DNA of 64,000 bases from a virus: the IMG/VR virus record IMGVR_UViG_3300029309_000008, positions 25,757 to 89,756 of that record; one strand, 5' to 3'. The notes under the pieces were generated by a model. That model saw nothing but the letters and a program-made list of their open reading frames with translations, was not told the DNA's origin and made no database searches. Positions within the stretch are counted from its first letter, which is position 1. Every line of letters starts with the position of its first letter. The translations under genes and the position numbers were made by a program. Shown one piece after another: positions 41,201-49,694 of the stretch.

Positions 41201-41878
41201 ATGAGTATTGCAATGCCTAACTTAGATAGAATAGAGTCGTTACCACAAAACTCATTTAGAGCTGTTATGAATGCTTTTGGTACTTTTATGGCAGCATCTA
41301 AGAGCACCACTACAGAATTGTTTAACAGTCTTGTTGACCTTAGAAGAAAATTAGTTGATTTTGGTATTGACTTAGACTTTGGTGGACTTATTTACACAAG
41401 AAAAGGTACCAACTCTAATATTATTAATAAAAACGAGGAATTTGCTTTGATGGAGCTTGATGATGTGGTTATGTCAAATGAGTTTGTAAGACTTATTGAG
41501 CAGGGGGGTAACATAGGATATGTTTTAAATGAGGAAAATGGGGGAATAGTAGAGTTTGATTTTAACGACCTTACAATGATGTCAACTCAGGATAGTATCC
41601 AGTATGATGTAGTTAGTAATTTTCTAGCACAATTTGGTATGCAAATGTCTCCTGAATACTTTCAGGCTTACATCCAGATAAACGGGGGTACTTCTGTAAT
41701 GCTCGAAAGAATGGATTCACAGTATAAAGAATTCAATTCTAACAGAGGTCAATTAGATATGGAAACCAGCACTTTTGAAGACTACTACGGGGCACCCTAC
41801 ACCACAGTACCATCGGCTGAGTCTTATATAGATGAAAAGAAGGCTGACGAAGACTTAAATGAAAAAACTTGTAAGTAA
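35246..41878 (+). CDS. giant ejected virion protein with zincin (HExxH) domain
   Basis: 2210 aa; N-terminal G/A-rich hydrophobic helices and EGFEEGAQ; HEVIH at 39905-39919 with downstream EELLTYA. Confidence 0.65.
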   Translation: MNLVNPNQNNPVFQQAQQGLSQIPRPSVRNMATIKDFYEYAGPKYGYITKYKEGFIPDFDNETYYANKQSGIDVTLAGLKQFGNLFANQFLNNFSQYGRDVTALATLDASKLWDSDMASGAAQTAKAQRLLNPIFRTPEMAEFELEQATGKRGPFSAFTKFLPGSPGAGRFRSELLGQAGFSLGALGAYGVESLVLAGLTTPAGGLANAAMKAPKLARTIYSMFRTGDQLRDITTARRAVQTSRSLKKLVNSVPTVIRRSNLAASESALEANMAALEFKEQELKVRELDSRLPTSEELSSLAKDTEEVGDFTFGWNMPILLASNALFLSNVANGRFLLPKTANLSEHLLSKGAKFMTYKQAAKQGLLTFGDRVRRAGMYLPMLNLQEGFEEGAQRVASETAKKYFSQTNNLYGETIKSQALVAGEEIHNTLTTAEGWNEIAAGIINGMGMSMSRAAINRSLGNTRVGQKLGLMSPSKREENLVSIATKVNEQVSKYVQSSVVNGPQTHNASQQLESAAGTAAEAGKGNQKSARDFRQDSKYSLFSLGRRYGITDAIIDNAVLELKEAVKNDPSLESSLGENSDIDTLGFDLKQEAEVYNKKMDAAMTNLGRVRDKLTTDLAKQAHDVAVDVLVRLDMGADNAFSRGRKMMQELKTRAQESSDAAKIMEVLDAVSSPESLVELALRVESSIQQREDANKGVEMTKQQREAFNLEIIKEKNYLKTLQNLRDTFLDKNGKLKSDVTANEASVAIVNEFANYNGRFADREFQEKLADYLLLEAEGSSIRELFNRVQDPKSFEENFLKGFVREAKKSANQQAKAIEVKDTSTTGTITDEDYQQALSNIPIFVVAKVENILRGITEQNGKFLFGNREYTTEKEAIDTAINSLNLNETDKASVMNAIGPFMRKAKQSAAAEAASTETQEEAETGMNVVVPQGKEEPNTKEEIEERNKKYSLSRSTPGNIVTHFFDKALAKVYSVYEKYLYKFAGENVKQGIEKMKNLYSNNITVVSIHLNDSLVPNLRKGTESTSTLQSDITSNGYVAIEEPEAGRIFVIVPGDRNAAALVLAEQLNLFINPEIDAAFQPIRTGSLGGMVVDTNIPFDGKIKDSRREMSKLLVGDKVKIVIPANDLNTKLVQDWVQQGSQQDKLDEIKNSIYITIMSGGKVVGVMRAGDFAMQTSQSSAAITRFRNQVITDDVITNLTQGIASNVGTLSVSSKVNLFNINYNEDGTMLWTNLKDYIEAAKANKYLDVDVFIATSRDIITNSEGKVFYRAQLGRTSDFKVGAVYAVITEDKTTRTVVQAATDSTTTFDITALQDPNVGVDAIAEQVEIFLKPNESPTISTRIGVNLNAYSKSQSTRVDINKLKKQFNNKIIEESKKIIVVTRKGDVVLLHSAELSGPNNQQIVGRDISGKERAIGLKEVVEFQKVSADVSVSETMKANFEYKNTSRGIKGNKTKGYTGQEVLDVLGPYLDGAQRAFLLSYQKTGGKIYFYNDPKMPYGGGFFRFLRGNVSWENGLQQGKNLVGINIYKFTSLEQSGSSQEKINDFLREVLGHEVIHALAQYALTSRKGNDEITAEQRERINEYKKELQALRQEVKGLWDKDKNRPSLPEANYVFKSGTAEELLTYAMTNATFAKWLDSQVVGQQEGEVKDTLWNRFKEIIRNIVSEVFTGNKTYLDKVNEIADKYLVLNDFSVVNLTEEFGPGSIVTEDSPSRVSLLSETEKEFLEFRENATPFEQEQWIIENGQEGDSFDITGGTVVVINERTDTQLRTTRDGLLNIIGLEEAYDPNEIIDRQVLSDIITRENNGIPLTVREHLIKVYNTTAYRILKGQLKSVEARLKTTQEAYLIETIKDNLADKIGERVETVLAILSETYLASVIAQNRPTTMSQLVTMSEGISEEEKNAILNSLGIGDYTLMWAYVTQADKVFNIKQLENLRNIIEGNFTTFQSVVNLNNTIVFDRQTPDNLSNRLQAARQYFQNVFNSMSIAMPNLDRIESLPQNSFRAVMNAFGTFMAASKSTTTELFNSLVDLRRKLVDFGIDLDFGGLIYTRKGTNSNIINKNEEFALMELDDVVMSNEFVRLIEQGGNIGYVLNEENGGIVEFDFNDLTMMSTQDSIQYDVVSNFLAQFGMQMSPEYFQAYIQINGGTSVMLERMDSQYKEFNSNRGQLDMETSTFEDYYGAPYTTVPSAESYIDEKKADEDLNEKTCK

Positions 41879-43812
41879 TGGCTTGTCAAATAACTAGAAA
41901 TGCGGCTGGGGTTCAAAAGGTTACCACGTTACAGGGTAAGCCTTCAAATCTATATGAGGCTTTGTCAAAGGTGGGCTATATAACTAGTGACACTCAGAGG
42001 TTAAAATATTATCTTGCAGCTTTTCGTATTAGAAAAGAGCAAGAATTTGAGGCGGGTGTAGACACTGTAAGAGATGAAAATAATGAGCCTATTTTATTTT
42101 TCAAACCTAGAAGCATAGGAACAAGTATCGCTAACTCTAACGGTACTGTTTTTTATTCGTCTGTAGAGGAAGCATATGAAGCTGATGTTAACAACCAAGG
42201 GGTTGAAATGATGACTCTAGCGTTTAACACCACAGTTGACTTCGAGAATATGCCTCCAGGCACAGCTGAGAGAGTTGCTGGTTTAGACAACATTCTTCGA
42301 GAGGTAAGTGGCCGAAAAGTATTAGGTACAACATTTGGTACTATACAGAGAAACGGTAATAATATAAAACTAACTATTCCAGCATCTTTTGAACAAGGAG
42401 TAACTGTAAACACTTTGGCTGCATTTAATCCTGATACAAATGAAAAATCATTATCAGGTTTTGTCACCAAAGCTATCTCTAGTAATTTGTTATCAGTTGC
42501 TACTAAAAAGCTATCAGAAATAGCTACCTTTAAACCTGTGGAAGTAGTCAAGGAAGCATTTGAGGGAGGTAACCAAAGATTAAAAGACTTTACCTACGAT
42601 TTTATCCAACTACAAAATCCTGCTAGACTTCTTAAAGGTATGTTTGGTAAAAGGAATGTAGACGGGAGTCTACGTACTGCACACCCTAGCGTAGAGGGCA
42701 CTTTTGCCACTTTAGATAAGAAGACGGCAGAGCGTTTTCAGGGAGAAGAGCCTCTTTCTAAAATAGACTTACCTGCGGGGACTACTGTAGAATACATAGA
42801 TAAAACACAACAGGAAGTCTCTACCCAACAATTAGTCACAGATGACATGGAGTATATGTCGGAGAATAAAACTAATGAAATTATAGACGAATATACGGGG
42901 ACTGATAACACACCAGGGGGGCGAAGAAGTGTTTGGTGGGATTGGTTTACTGGGGCTAGAAAAGAAAATAAAAGTAGAATAGCTTATGAGATAGATAGTG
43001 ATTTCGAACTTAGAAGAGCACTAATTAGTAATCTATATAATGAGTTAGGTGAGTATAAAAAAGAACTCGCTGAAGAAAATTTAACAGAGATACAGGATGC
43101 TGAACAGAGACAAAAAGACGAACTTGAAAATTTTGAATTTGACGGGAGTGCTGCAGACTTTAAAAAGTTTTTAAATAGTGAAATAACTCTTTACAGGGCC
43201 CCTACTGGAGACAATATATCGACTGAAACTATTAATACTGAAGGATTTGCTTCTTTCACAATAAAAAAATATTCAATCTTAAGGTTTAGCGATACAGCAA
43301 CTATAATTTCTACTAAAAGAAGAGTAAAGGACTTGTACGGGGCTATTAATCTATATGAGGTGGAAGTGATGGAGCCTATGCCGTATTCTGAAGAATTTGC
43401 CAATAGACTATTTAATCAATTCTCAAACGAGTTCTCTAAGTTAAGTGATGCAAACATTGAAAAACTTCTTAACACAAAAGACACACAAGGGGCTTATGTA
43501 GGTCTTAAATTGGGATTTGAAATGTTAAAAAGAGAAGAAGAAGGAAAGACAACACTTCGCTCAATATCTCTGGAAGAATTAAGAGCAGAAGAGACTGCAG
43601 CTATTAATGAATCAACAGCCCAAGTAGTTAAACTTAGGACTATAGATGCTACAGGTCAACTGGAAGACCAGTTTATAGTTAAAGATGAAACTTTAAGAGC
43701 AAATATTTCTCCACTTGTAGAACAAACTATTTCTCAAAATGTCAATAATATTGATTATGAAATGAGTAAATTAGTGGAAAGTAACAAGATAGAATCTAAT
43801 TGTAAATCGTAA
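41878..43812 (+). CDS. polyvalent-type virion protein with ADP-ribosyltransferase-like motifs
   Basis: GKPSNL...DENNEP N-terminus; LYR...SFT...EVE motif set. Confidence 0.45.
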   Translation: MACQITRNAAGVQKVTTLQGKPSNLYEALSKVGYITSDTQRLKYYLAAFRIRKEQEFEAGVDTVRDENNEPILFFKPRSIGTSIANSNGTVFYSSVEEAYEADVNNQGVEMMTLAFNTTVDFENMPPGTAERVAGLDNILREVSGRKVLGTTFGTIQRNGNNIKLTIPASFEQGVTVNTLAAFNPDTNEKSLSGFVTKAISSNLLSVATKKLSEIATFKPVEVVKEAFEGGNQRLKDFTYDFIQLQNPARLLKGMFGKRNVDGSLRTAHPSVEGTFATLDKKTAERFQGEEPLSKIDLPAGTTVEYIDKTQQEVSTQQLVTDDMEYMSENKTNEIIDEYTGTDNTPGGRRSVWWDWFTGARKENKSRIAYEIDSDFELRRALISNLYNELGEYKKELAEENLTEIQDAEQRQKDELENFEFDGSAADFKKFLNSEITLYRAPTGDNISTETINTEGFASFTIKKYSILRFSDTATIISTKRRVKDLYGAINLYEVEVMEPMPYSEEFANRLFNQFSNEFSKLSDANIEKLLNTKDTQGAYVGLKLGFEMLKREEEGKTTLRSISLEELRAEETAAINESTAQVVKLRTIDATGQLEDQFIVKDETLRANISPLVEQTISQNVNNIDYEMSKLVESNKIESNCKS

Positions 43813-43833
43813 ACACCAACTTAAATAAAATAA

Positions 43834-46800
43834 ATGGCTTGTTCATATTCATATAACGGTATAACCTACAGCAAAAAGAAGGACTTAGAAGTAGCAGTGC
43901 TAGAGGACTTAAACGCAGCTAAAATATCAGCACCTAGAGCTGCATTAGAGCATGTGTATAAGTTGAGAGGGGACTTGGCTGAAACTGTGGTTAGAATTGA
44001 AGCTGAAAAGGTATTTGGTTCCGATGAGTTTTTAACCACTATATTAGACCAAGTTACTGGTGAAAAATACATTGTCTTTGATGAAAGACTTATGAATGAG
44101 CAGGTTGGAAACATCAAAGAGTTTAGAGATGAGAACAACAAAAAAGTTGATGTCAACATAGAAGACCTTTATGAGAAGTGGAAGGGAGGGCAAAGTATGC
44201 CCAACTACAGAGGATTAGAAAGTGCCTTAAAAATTAAACTTTTTGATGAAATTATAGAGAGCAAAACACAAAAAGCAATTCAACCTAGGACTCAAGAGTC
44301 TAAGGCAGACTTGATGGAAACACTCACTCAATTTGCAGCATCGTTAGGCATTGATGTGATGACGATGGAAAACTACAAAAGAACATTTGAGGACAGACAC
44401 AATATCCCTGTAACAGCTAAAGGTCTAGCTGACATGTTTAATCAGGTAATTGCTCTTTCTAATGATGCTACTGTAGCAGACTTTACGGAAGAGGTTGCCC
44501 ACTTTACTATACAATATTACCAAGATAGGGGAACAATAGACGAAATGTTAGAACAAGTTCCTAACACTACTTTGTATCAAGCACAGGCAGAGCAGTATAG
44601 ACAGTTGTACTCTAAAAGAGCTGAGGGAGAAGCGTTAGAACAGCTTGTAAGGAAGGAAATATTAGGAAAGCTTTTAGCTGAAAGAATAATTCAAAATACT
44701 AACCCTCAAACCTCTACACAAGAAGAGGCTTCTATTCTTAATTTGCTATCACAATTGTGGGAGGCGTTTAAAGGCTTGTTTGTAAGAACAGATGCAAATG
44801 CAAAATTCTTTGTTGATTTTGGAAGAGTTTTGGACAGCATTTCTTACAATGTATCTAGACAAGAAACAGGTAAATTCGCTGCCTATCAATCTAATGAGGT
44901 ATACTACTCAGCTAGTACTAGAGACCAAGAACTTCAGGATAACTTTTCAGCTTTTCTTGATAACTTAAGAGGTGTTTACACAGCATTGTCAAGAGCTACC
45001 AATAAACAATATAGCACTCAAAAAAGGAATAAGTTGGGAGAGGTTGCAGAGCTTATAGCAAAAGCAGAATATACAAAAGCTATCCACGCTTCAGCCTTAT
45101 CTATCCTTCAAGATGCTCAAAGGGCTAACGAAATTATTAGAGTTGCTCAGGCTAAGATGGAAGAAAATGGCGAAACTGACCCATCATCTCTTTTGAAATA
45201 TATGGGTGTAGTAAATACTCAAAATTTAATATTATTTAAAGAAAACATTCCTGCCCTACTTGAACAATTAGGTGATTATCTTACCCAAATTCAAGAAGAG
45301 TACAGAGAGGGGAACACACTAGGCAATATTACTCTAGACGATATTAATAGGGTAAGAGAAACACTGAATGCTATTGAAGTGACCTTATCTGCAAAATCGC
45401 TTACTGGCGAAGCTTTTTCTAAAGTATACGGAAGCATAGCATTGGAGAAGACTAAAATGATTGCAAAAGAGATGTTAGAAGAAACAAGCTCTCCTGACCA
45501 AGTTAGAAAAGAGATGATTAAGCTTGTGGCAAATAACTTTGAAGACATCAGTTGGTTTAATACTAATGTGTATTCTATGTATGAGACAGGAGGACATAGC
45601 GGTATTCAGGCAATTTTAGGTCTTTACTTAAGAGCAATGGAAAAGGTTAGGGCTCGTACCGATAGGGTGTACTCTGAAATGGTTGATTTATCTGTTAAGC
45701 ACAATCTTACCATTGCCGAGACAAGAAAGTTAATGAAAGACGGGTTTATGTTAAATCCGTGGAAAATTAGAAAGTATAAAGAAGACGAAGAAGCTGCTAG
45801 AGAGGTTATTATTGAGAAATATATGGCTGAACTTGCTCAACTAAAAGAGGACGACCCTAACAGGTTAGTTAAAGAAACAAACATTTTACAACGGCAAAGG
45901 GAGGAAATACTTCAGCACGATATGAAGTGGAGAGAGATGCCGTTTAAGGAGGAGTTTTACAGAGACTTAGTCAAGAGAAAAACTGGTGAAAATTCATTAA
46001 CAAGAAGTAATGAAAGAAGACCCGAAGCACAAGAAATGATATCGTCTTACTCTGCATCTGTCAGAAGAATAATGTCTAAATATTATGATAAGAGTACTGG
46101 AAAAGTTATATATGGCAGAATTAGTGCAGCAGATGAGTCTGAACTAAGACAAATATATTCGGACATCAAGGCTATGCAATCATATTATGATAGTTCTGGT
46201 CAGCTTAAAAGTGATTTAGCTCTAGCCATCGCAGAGGATATTAGGGATTACTTTAGTTTTTCTGGAGATACTGAAATTTCCCCTGAAGCTATGGCTCGTT
46301 TTGAAGCGGAAAGAGTGGAGGCTGAAAGAACATTGTCAGCCAGGGAGTACCAAACATGGTTGCAAGCGTTTGCTTACCAAAGATATCAAATAGACTATGA
46401 GACATCTGAAGTAGAGGTAAATACCGATGCAACTGATTTAATTTTATCTACTAGAGGTAACCCATCTGATTACCTAGACTTGATGACAAGAGACCTTGTT
46501 CTTGAAAAAACAGTTAATGGTCAGGTGGTGATACAAAAACTAAATAGGTTCAGCGATTATCAAGATATATATGATGCCCTTCGTCAGAAAAGAAATCAAT
46601 TATTGAAACCATATAGAGTATCTAACGTGGCAGGAGAGATAGATGGAACTGCCGTAGAAGCAAATATTTTACTTGTAAATCAACTTGAAGTCATAGCTGA
46701 TTTTATGAGTACGTTTGCTGTTGAGTACGGAGACCGAAGTGTGGAAATGTCCCCTGTGGGTAACAAATCATTTCAAGCTGAATACCAAAGAAGGTTGAAT

Positions 46801-49113
46801 AACAGAGCCTCCAATCCTAGAGCTTACCAAGAATGGTATAGAGTAAATGTAAAAGGTAGAGATATGTTCGGTAAGCCATTACCTTCAAAGAGCTATTATA
46901 CTGCCTACATACCAATGAAGAATGGTCAGCCTATGGAGATGGTTGCTAGTCCTAAGTTTTTGTGGGAGATGACAACTCAGACCACAGATAATTTAAATCC
47001 TAACTACAATCAAGAGCTCGCACAGAAAGGAGTCATACAACCTAATTTAAATTTAAAGGAGTATTTAGATGACGATTATTTTAGAATATTTGGAATATCT
47101 AAAAATGATATATATTCTAAATCACCTACTTCTAACCAAAGTCTTTTTGAGGTAAGAAACTATTTCTTAAACCTTAAATATGAGGAGGACCAAAGTATCG
47201 GATTAAGAGGTAGGTATTCTTATTATCAGCTTCCACAAGTTAGACGTTACTTTAGAGAGTCTGCTTTTAGGGGAGCTAACTACCAATCATTCCTAAATAG
47301 AACTTTTGTAATTGATAGTTATGACGAGGATTTTGGTAATAAGTCAAGGTCTACCGTGGCTGCAAATGCTAGAGCAATACCACTCTATTTTACAAAACTC
47401 ATGGAAAATCCTAATGAGTTAACTGAAGATATAGGGTATATGTATATGAGTTATGTGCAGATGGCAGCTAACTACAGAGAGAAAGGTCAAATTGTAAACG
47501 ATATATCTTTATTAAGGGATAGGATAGCAGGAGCAAAAGATAAAAAGCTACAACCTCTCACTAATACTTTAAAGAAGGTAGATATGTGGTTGGACTCTTT
47601 TATGTACGGTAACAGCCAAGTAGACTTGGGCAGCTTTAGTGTATTGGGTAAAAGAATATCTAGCACAAAAATACTAAAAGCCTTTTACAGATGGGTATCT
47701 AACACAAACCTTGCATATAATATTTATGTGCCTGTAGTTGGTGCTGTAACTGGTGTAACTCAAAGAAGAGCTTTAAGTACGACTAATAGATTTTTTGGGC
47801 AAGACAGCCTCAACTGGGCTGTATCTAAATCAGGTATACATGTTCCAGGTATGTTTTTAGAAGCAGGTAAATTACAGCAAAGAAACATAGGGGATAGTCT
47901 ACTTGTTTTTTCAGGTGTAGGTAACAGATACCAAAAAATGAGAGGTATATTTACTGACAGGGCTACTCGTTCTGCTTTGAGAACACAACCTGGTTACTTG
48001 GTCTATGAAATATTTACAAAAACAAACGCTGTTAATACGGTATCTGCGGTGTATGATGCCCATAGACTGTACAATGACCCTCAAACAGGTAAAGCTAGGT
48101 TCGTAAATAAGATGCAGTTCAAAGAGCTTATGGACATAGAATTAGGTCCTAATGCTGACCCTGTTGAGATAAAAAATAGATGGGTAGCACTTCGTCCTAA
48201 ATCGTTTTATAATTATCTAAAGCCTACGGAAACTACGATGGAAGTGAACGAAGAGGCATTAGTCAAAGACGGTTTAGATGCATCAAGTATTAACGGTGCA
48301 GTGGCTAGAATTAATAGGGTAGCAGAAAATGCCCACAACTTCGTAGAGGGCCAAACTTCTGCTGAGGAGAGAGGTCTTCTTTCAAAAAATCCTTTTGGAG
48401 CATTTCTTTTCATGCACAGAGGTTTCTTACAGAGAGGTGTTGAACATAGATTTAAGAAGAAAAACTATGATTGGTTTACAGGCACAGAAGATGAAGGTGT
48501 GTATAGAGGTGCCTATCGAATGTTCACACAGGATGCATTTAAAAAAGGAAACGGCTTTGAGGGTATTTTATCTCTAGCTTCTTATATGTTTACTATGGGT
48601 CAAACTGCAGATGCTCTAAATAGGAATGTAGAATTAGACGAAAGTGACAAGTCAGCTCTAAGAAAGATAGGTGCGGATATGTACGTAACCTTGGCAATGT
48701 TTGCCTTATACTTACAAATGAACCTATTAGCAGGCGATGATGACAGAGAAGATGATTGGGCTACACAATATTTAGCCTACATCTCTAGTAGAACATTCCT
48801 TGAATCCACTTCTACAAGTATCTTTGCAGGTAGGGAACTCTTGAATATTGCCAACTCTCCTACAGCAGGTACTAACACTTTTAAAACAATATTAGGGTTA
48901 CCTACCTTCTTTATAGATGCAAATAAGGAAGTAACAAAGGGAGCCTACGCAGGAAGGAGTAAACTTTTCAAAAACTTTGTAAAGATGACTCCTTTCAAGA
49001 ATATATACGAACCATTAATGGATACCCCAGCAGGTGCGAATGCATTTTTCCGACAAAATGCTATTCCAAGTTTACCAAGAGAAATACTTAATAGAAAACT
49101 TAAAGATGAATAA
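43834..49113 (+). CDS. giant ejected virion protein (degenerate zincin, C-terminal hydrophobic helices)
   Basis: 1759 aa; EEVAH at 44488-44502; long helical body; hydrophobic C-terminal helices. Confidence 0.6.
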   Translation: MACSYSYNGITYSKKKDLEVAVLEDLNAAKISAPRAALEHVYKLRGDLAETVVRIEAEKVFGSDEFLTTILDQVTGEKYIVFDERLMNEQVGNIKEFRDENNKKVDVNIEDLYEKWKGGQSMPNYRGLESALKIKLFDEIIESKTQKAIQPRTQESKADLMETLTQFAASLGIDVMTMENYKRTFEDRHNIPVTAKGLADMFNQVIALSNDATVADFTEEVAHFTIQYYQDRGTIDEMLEQVPNTTLYQAQAEQYRQLYSKRAEGEALEQLVRKEILGKLLAERIIQNTNPQTSTQEEASILNLLSQLWEAFKGLFVRTDANAKFFVDFGRVLDSISYNVSRQETGKFAAYQSNEVYYSASTRDQELQDNFSAFLDNLRGVYTALSRATNKQYSTQKRNKLGEVAELIAKAEYTKAIHASALSILQDAQRANEIIRVAQAKMEENGETDPSSLLKYMGVVNTQNLILFKENIPALLEQLGDYLTQIQEEYREGNTLGNITLDDINRVRETLNAIEVTLSAKSLTGEAFSKVYGSIALEKTKMIAKEMLEETSSPDQVRKEMIKLVANNFEDISWFNTNVYSMYETGGHSGIQAILGLYLRAMEKVRARTDRVYSEMVDLSVKHNLTIAETRKLMKDGFMLNPWKIRKYKEDEEAAREVIIEKYMAELAQLKEDDPNRLVKETNILQRQREEILQHDMKWREMPFKEEFYRDLVKRKTGENSLTRSNERRPEAQEMISSYSASVRRIMSKYYDKSTGKVIYGRISAADESELRQIYSDIKAMQSYYDSSGQLKSDLALAIAEDIRDYFSFSGDTEISPEAMARFEAERVEAERTLSAREYQTWLQAFAYQRYQIDYETSEVEVNTDATDLILSTRGNPSDYLDLMTRDLVLEKTVNGQVVIQKLNRFSDYQDIYDALRQKRNQLLKPYRVSNVAGEIDGTAVEANILLVNQLEVIADFMSTFAVEYGDRSVEMSPVGNKSFQAEYQRRLNNRASNPRAYQEWYRVNVKGRDMFGKPLPSKSYYTAYIPMKNGQPMEMVASPKFLWEMTTQTTDNLNPNYNQELAQKGVIQPNLNLKEYLDDDYFRIFGISKNDIYSKSPTSNQSLFEVRNYFLNLKYEEDQSIGLRGRYSYYQLPQVRRYFRESAFRGANYQSFLNRTFVIDSYDEDFGNKSRSTVAANARAIPLYFTKLMENPNELTEDIGYMYMSYVQMAANYREKGQIVNDISLLRDRIAGAKDKKLQPLTNTLKKVDMWLDSFMYGNSQVDLGSFSVLGKRISSTKILKAFYRWVSNTNLAYNIYVPVVGAVTGVTQRRALSTTNRFFGQDSLNWAVSKSGIHVPGMFLEAGKLQQRNIGDSLLVFSGVGNRYQKMRGIFTDRATRSALRTQPGYLVYEIFTKTNAVNTVSAVYDAHRLYNDPQTGKARFVNKMQFKELMDIELGPNADPVEIKNRWVALRPKSFYNYLKPTETTMEVNEEALVKDGLDASSINGAVARINRVAENAHNFVEGQTSAEERGLLSKNPFGAFLFMHRGFLQRGVEHRFKKKNYDWFTGTEDEGVYRGAYRMFTQDAFKKGNGFEGILSLASYMFTMGQTADALNRNVELDESDKSALRKIGADMYVTLAMFALYLQMNLLAGDDDREDDWATQYLAYISSRTFLESTSTSIFAGRELLNIANSPTAGTNTFKTILGLPTFFIDANKEVTKGAYAGRSKLFKNFVKMTPFKNIYEPLMDTPAGANAFFRQNAIPSLPREILNRKLKDE

Positions 49114-49221
49114 ATGAGTTGGGGCAAAGCAATGTGGAAGTTATACCTTTTTTCTTGGAGCATATTTGCAGTGCTCGTAGGCTTAATGGGCTACTTAATA
49201 GTTAAACATTTCATTCTCTAA
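49114..49221 (+). CDS. small single-TM peptide (35 aa, not in ORF track)
   Basis: ATG directly follows the upstream TAA; MSWGKAMWKLYLFSWSIFAVLVGLMGYLIVKHFIL. Confidence 0.5.
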   Translation: MSWGKAMWKLYLFSWSIFAVLVGLMGYLIVKHFIL

Positions 49222-49232
49222 CTTATACCCAC

Positions 49233-49255
49233 AAAAAAGGGGAGCAATGCTCCCC
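49233..49255 (-). terminator. intrinsic terminator at the convergence of the two modules
   Basis: GGGGAGC-AAT-GCTCCCC hairpin with A6 on its left side (U-tract on the minus strand). Confidence 0.8.
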
Positions 49256-49280
49256 CACACAAAGTACAAAGTTGGATTGG

Positions 49281-49655
49281 TTATTCTGCTGTAGCAGCAA
49301 CTTTTTCTGCCTCCTCAGCTTCCATAGCTAGAGTCTGCATTTTTTCTTTGTAAGTATCAAAATCCAAAGTCTTACCATCTTCATAGAAACGTCTGTGAAG
49401 AGTTCGGTAAACCATACCATAGATTTCTGCCACTTCCTTAGCATAAGGCTGTAAGAAGTGCCCTGAAGGCTGGTTGTCAGCATTAAAAACAGCTTGAGTA
49501 TTATCATGTAGAAACTTCTCAAGTCTACCTTTAAGTTGCATCATCTCTGCACCGTAAATAGTTAGCTCAGTGTCAGGTAAATACATATGGTTCTCAATAG
49601 AACCGTAATCGAAATTGTCCTCTTGCGGAGGAGTTGTGTTAGCTTTTTTAGCCAT
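49281..49655 (-). CDS. hypothetical protein
   Basis: 124-aa ORF ending just before the terminator. Confidence 0.75.
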   Translation of the reverse strand: MAKKANTTPPQEDNFDYGSIENHMYLPDTELTIYGAEMMQLKGRLEKFLHDNTQAVFNADNQPSGHFLQPYAKEVAEIYGMVYRTLHRRFYEDGKTLDFDTYKEKMQTLAMEAEEAEKVAATAE

Positions 49656-49694
49656 AACATTTGGTTTTTTAAATTTAAAAATACAAATACAAAT

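Noticed and set aside
11443-48577. Numerous short antisense and off-frame ORFs inside the giant genes
   Set aside because: They are fully embedded in long genes and show no recognisable motifs; this is the expected shadow-ORF pattern
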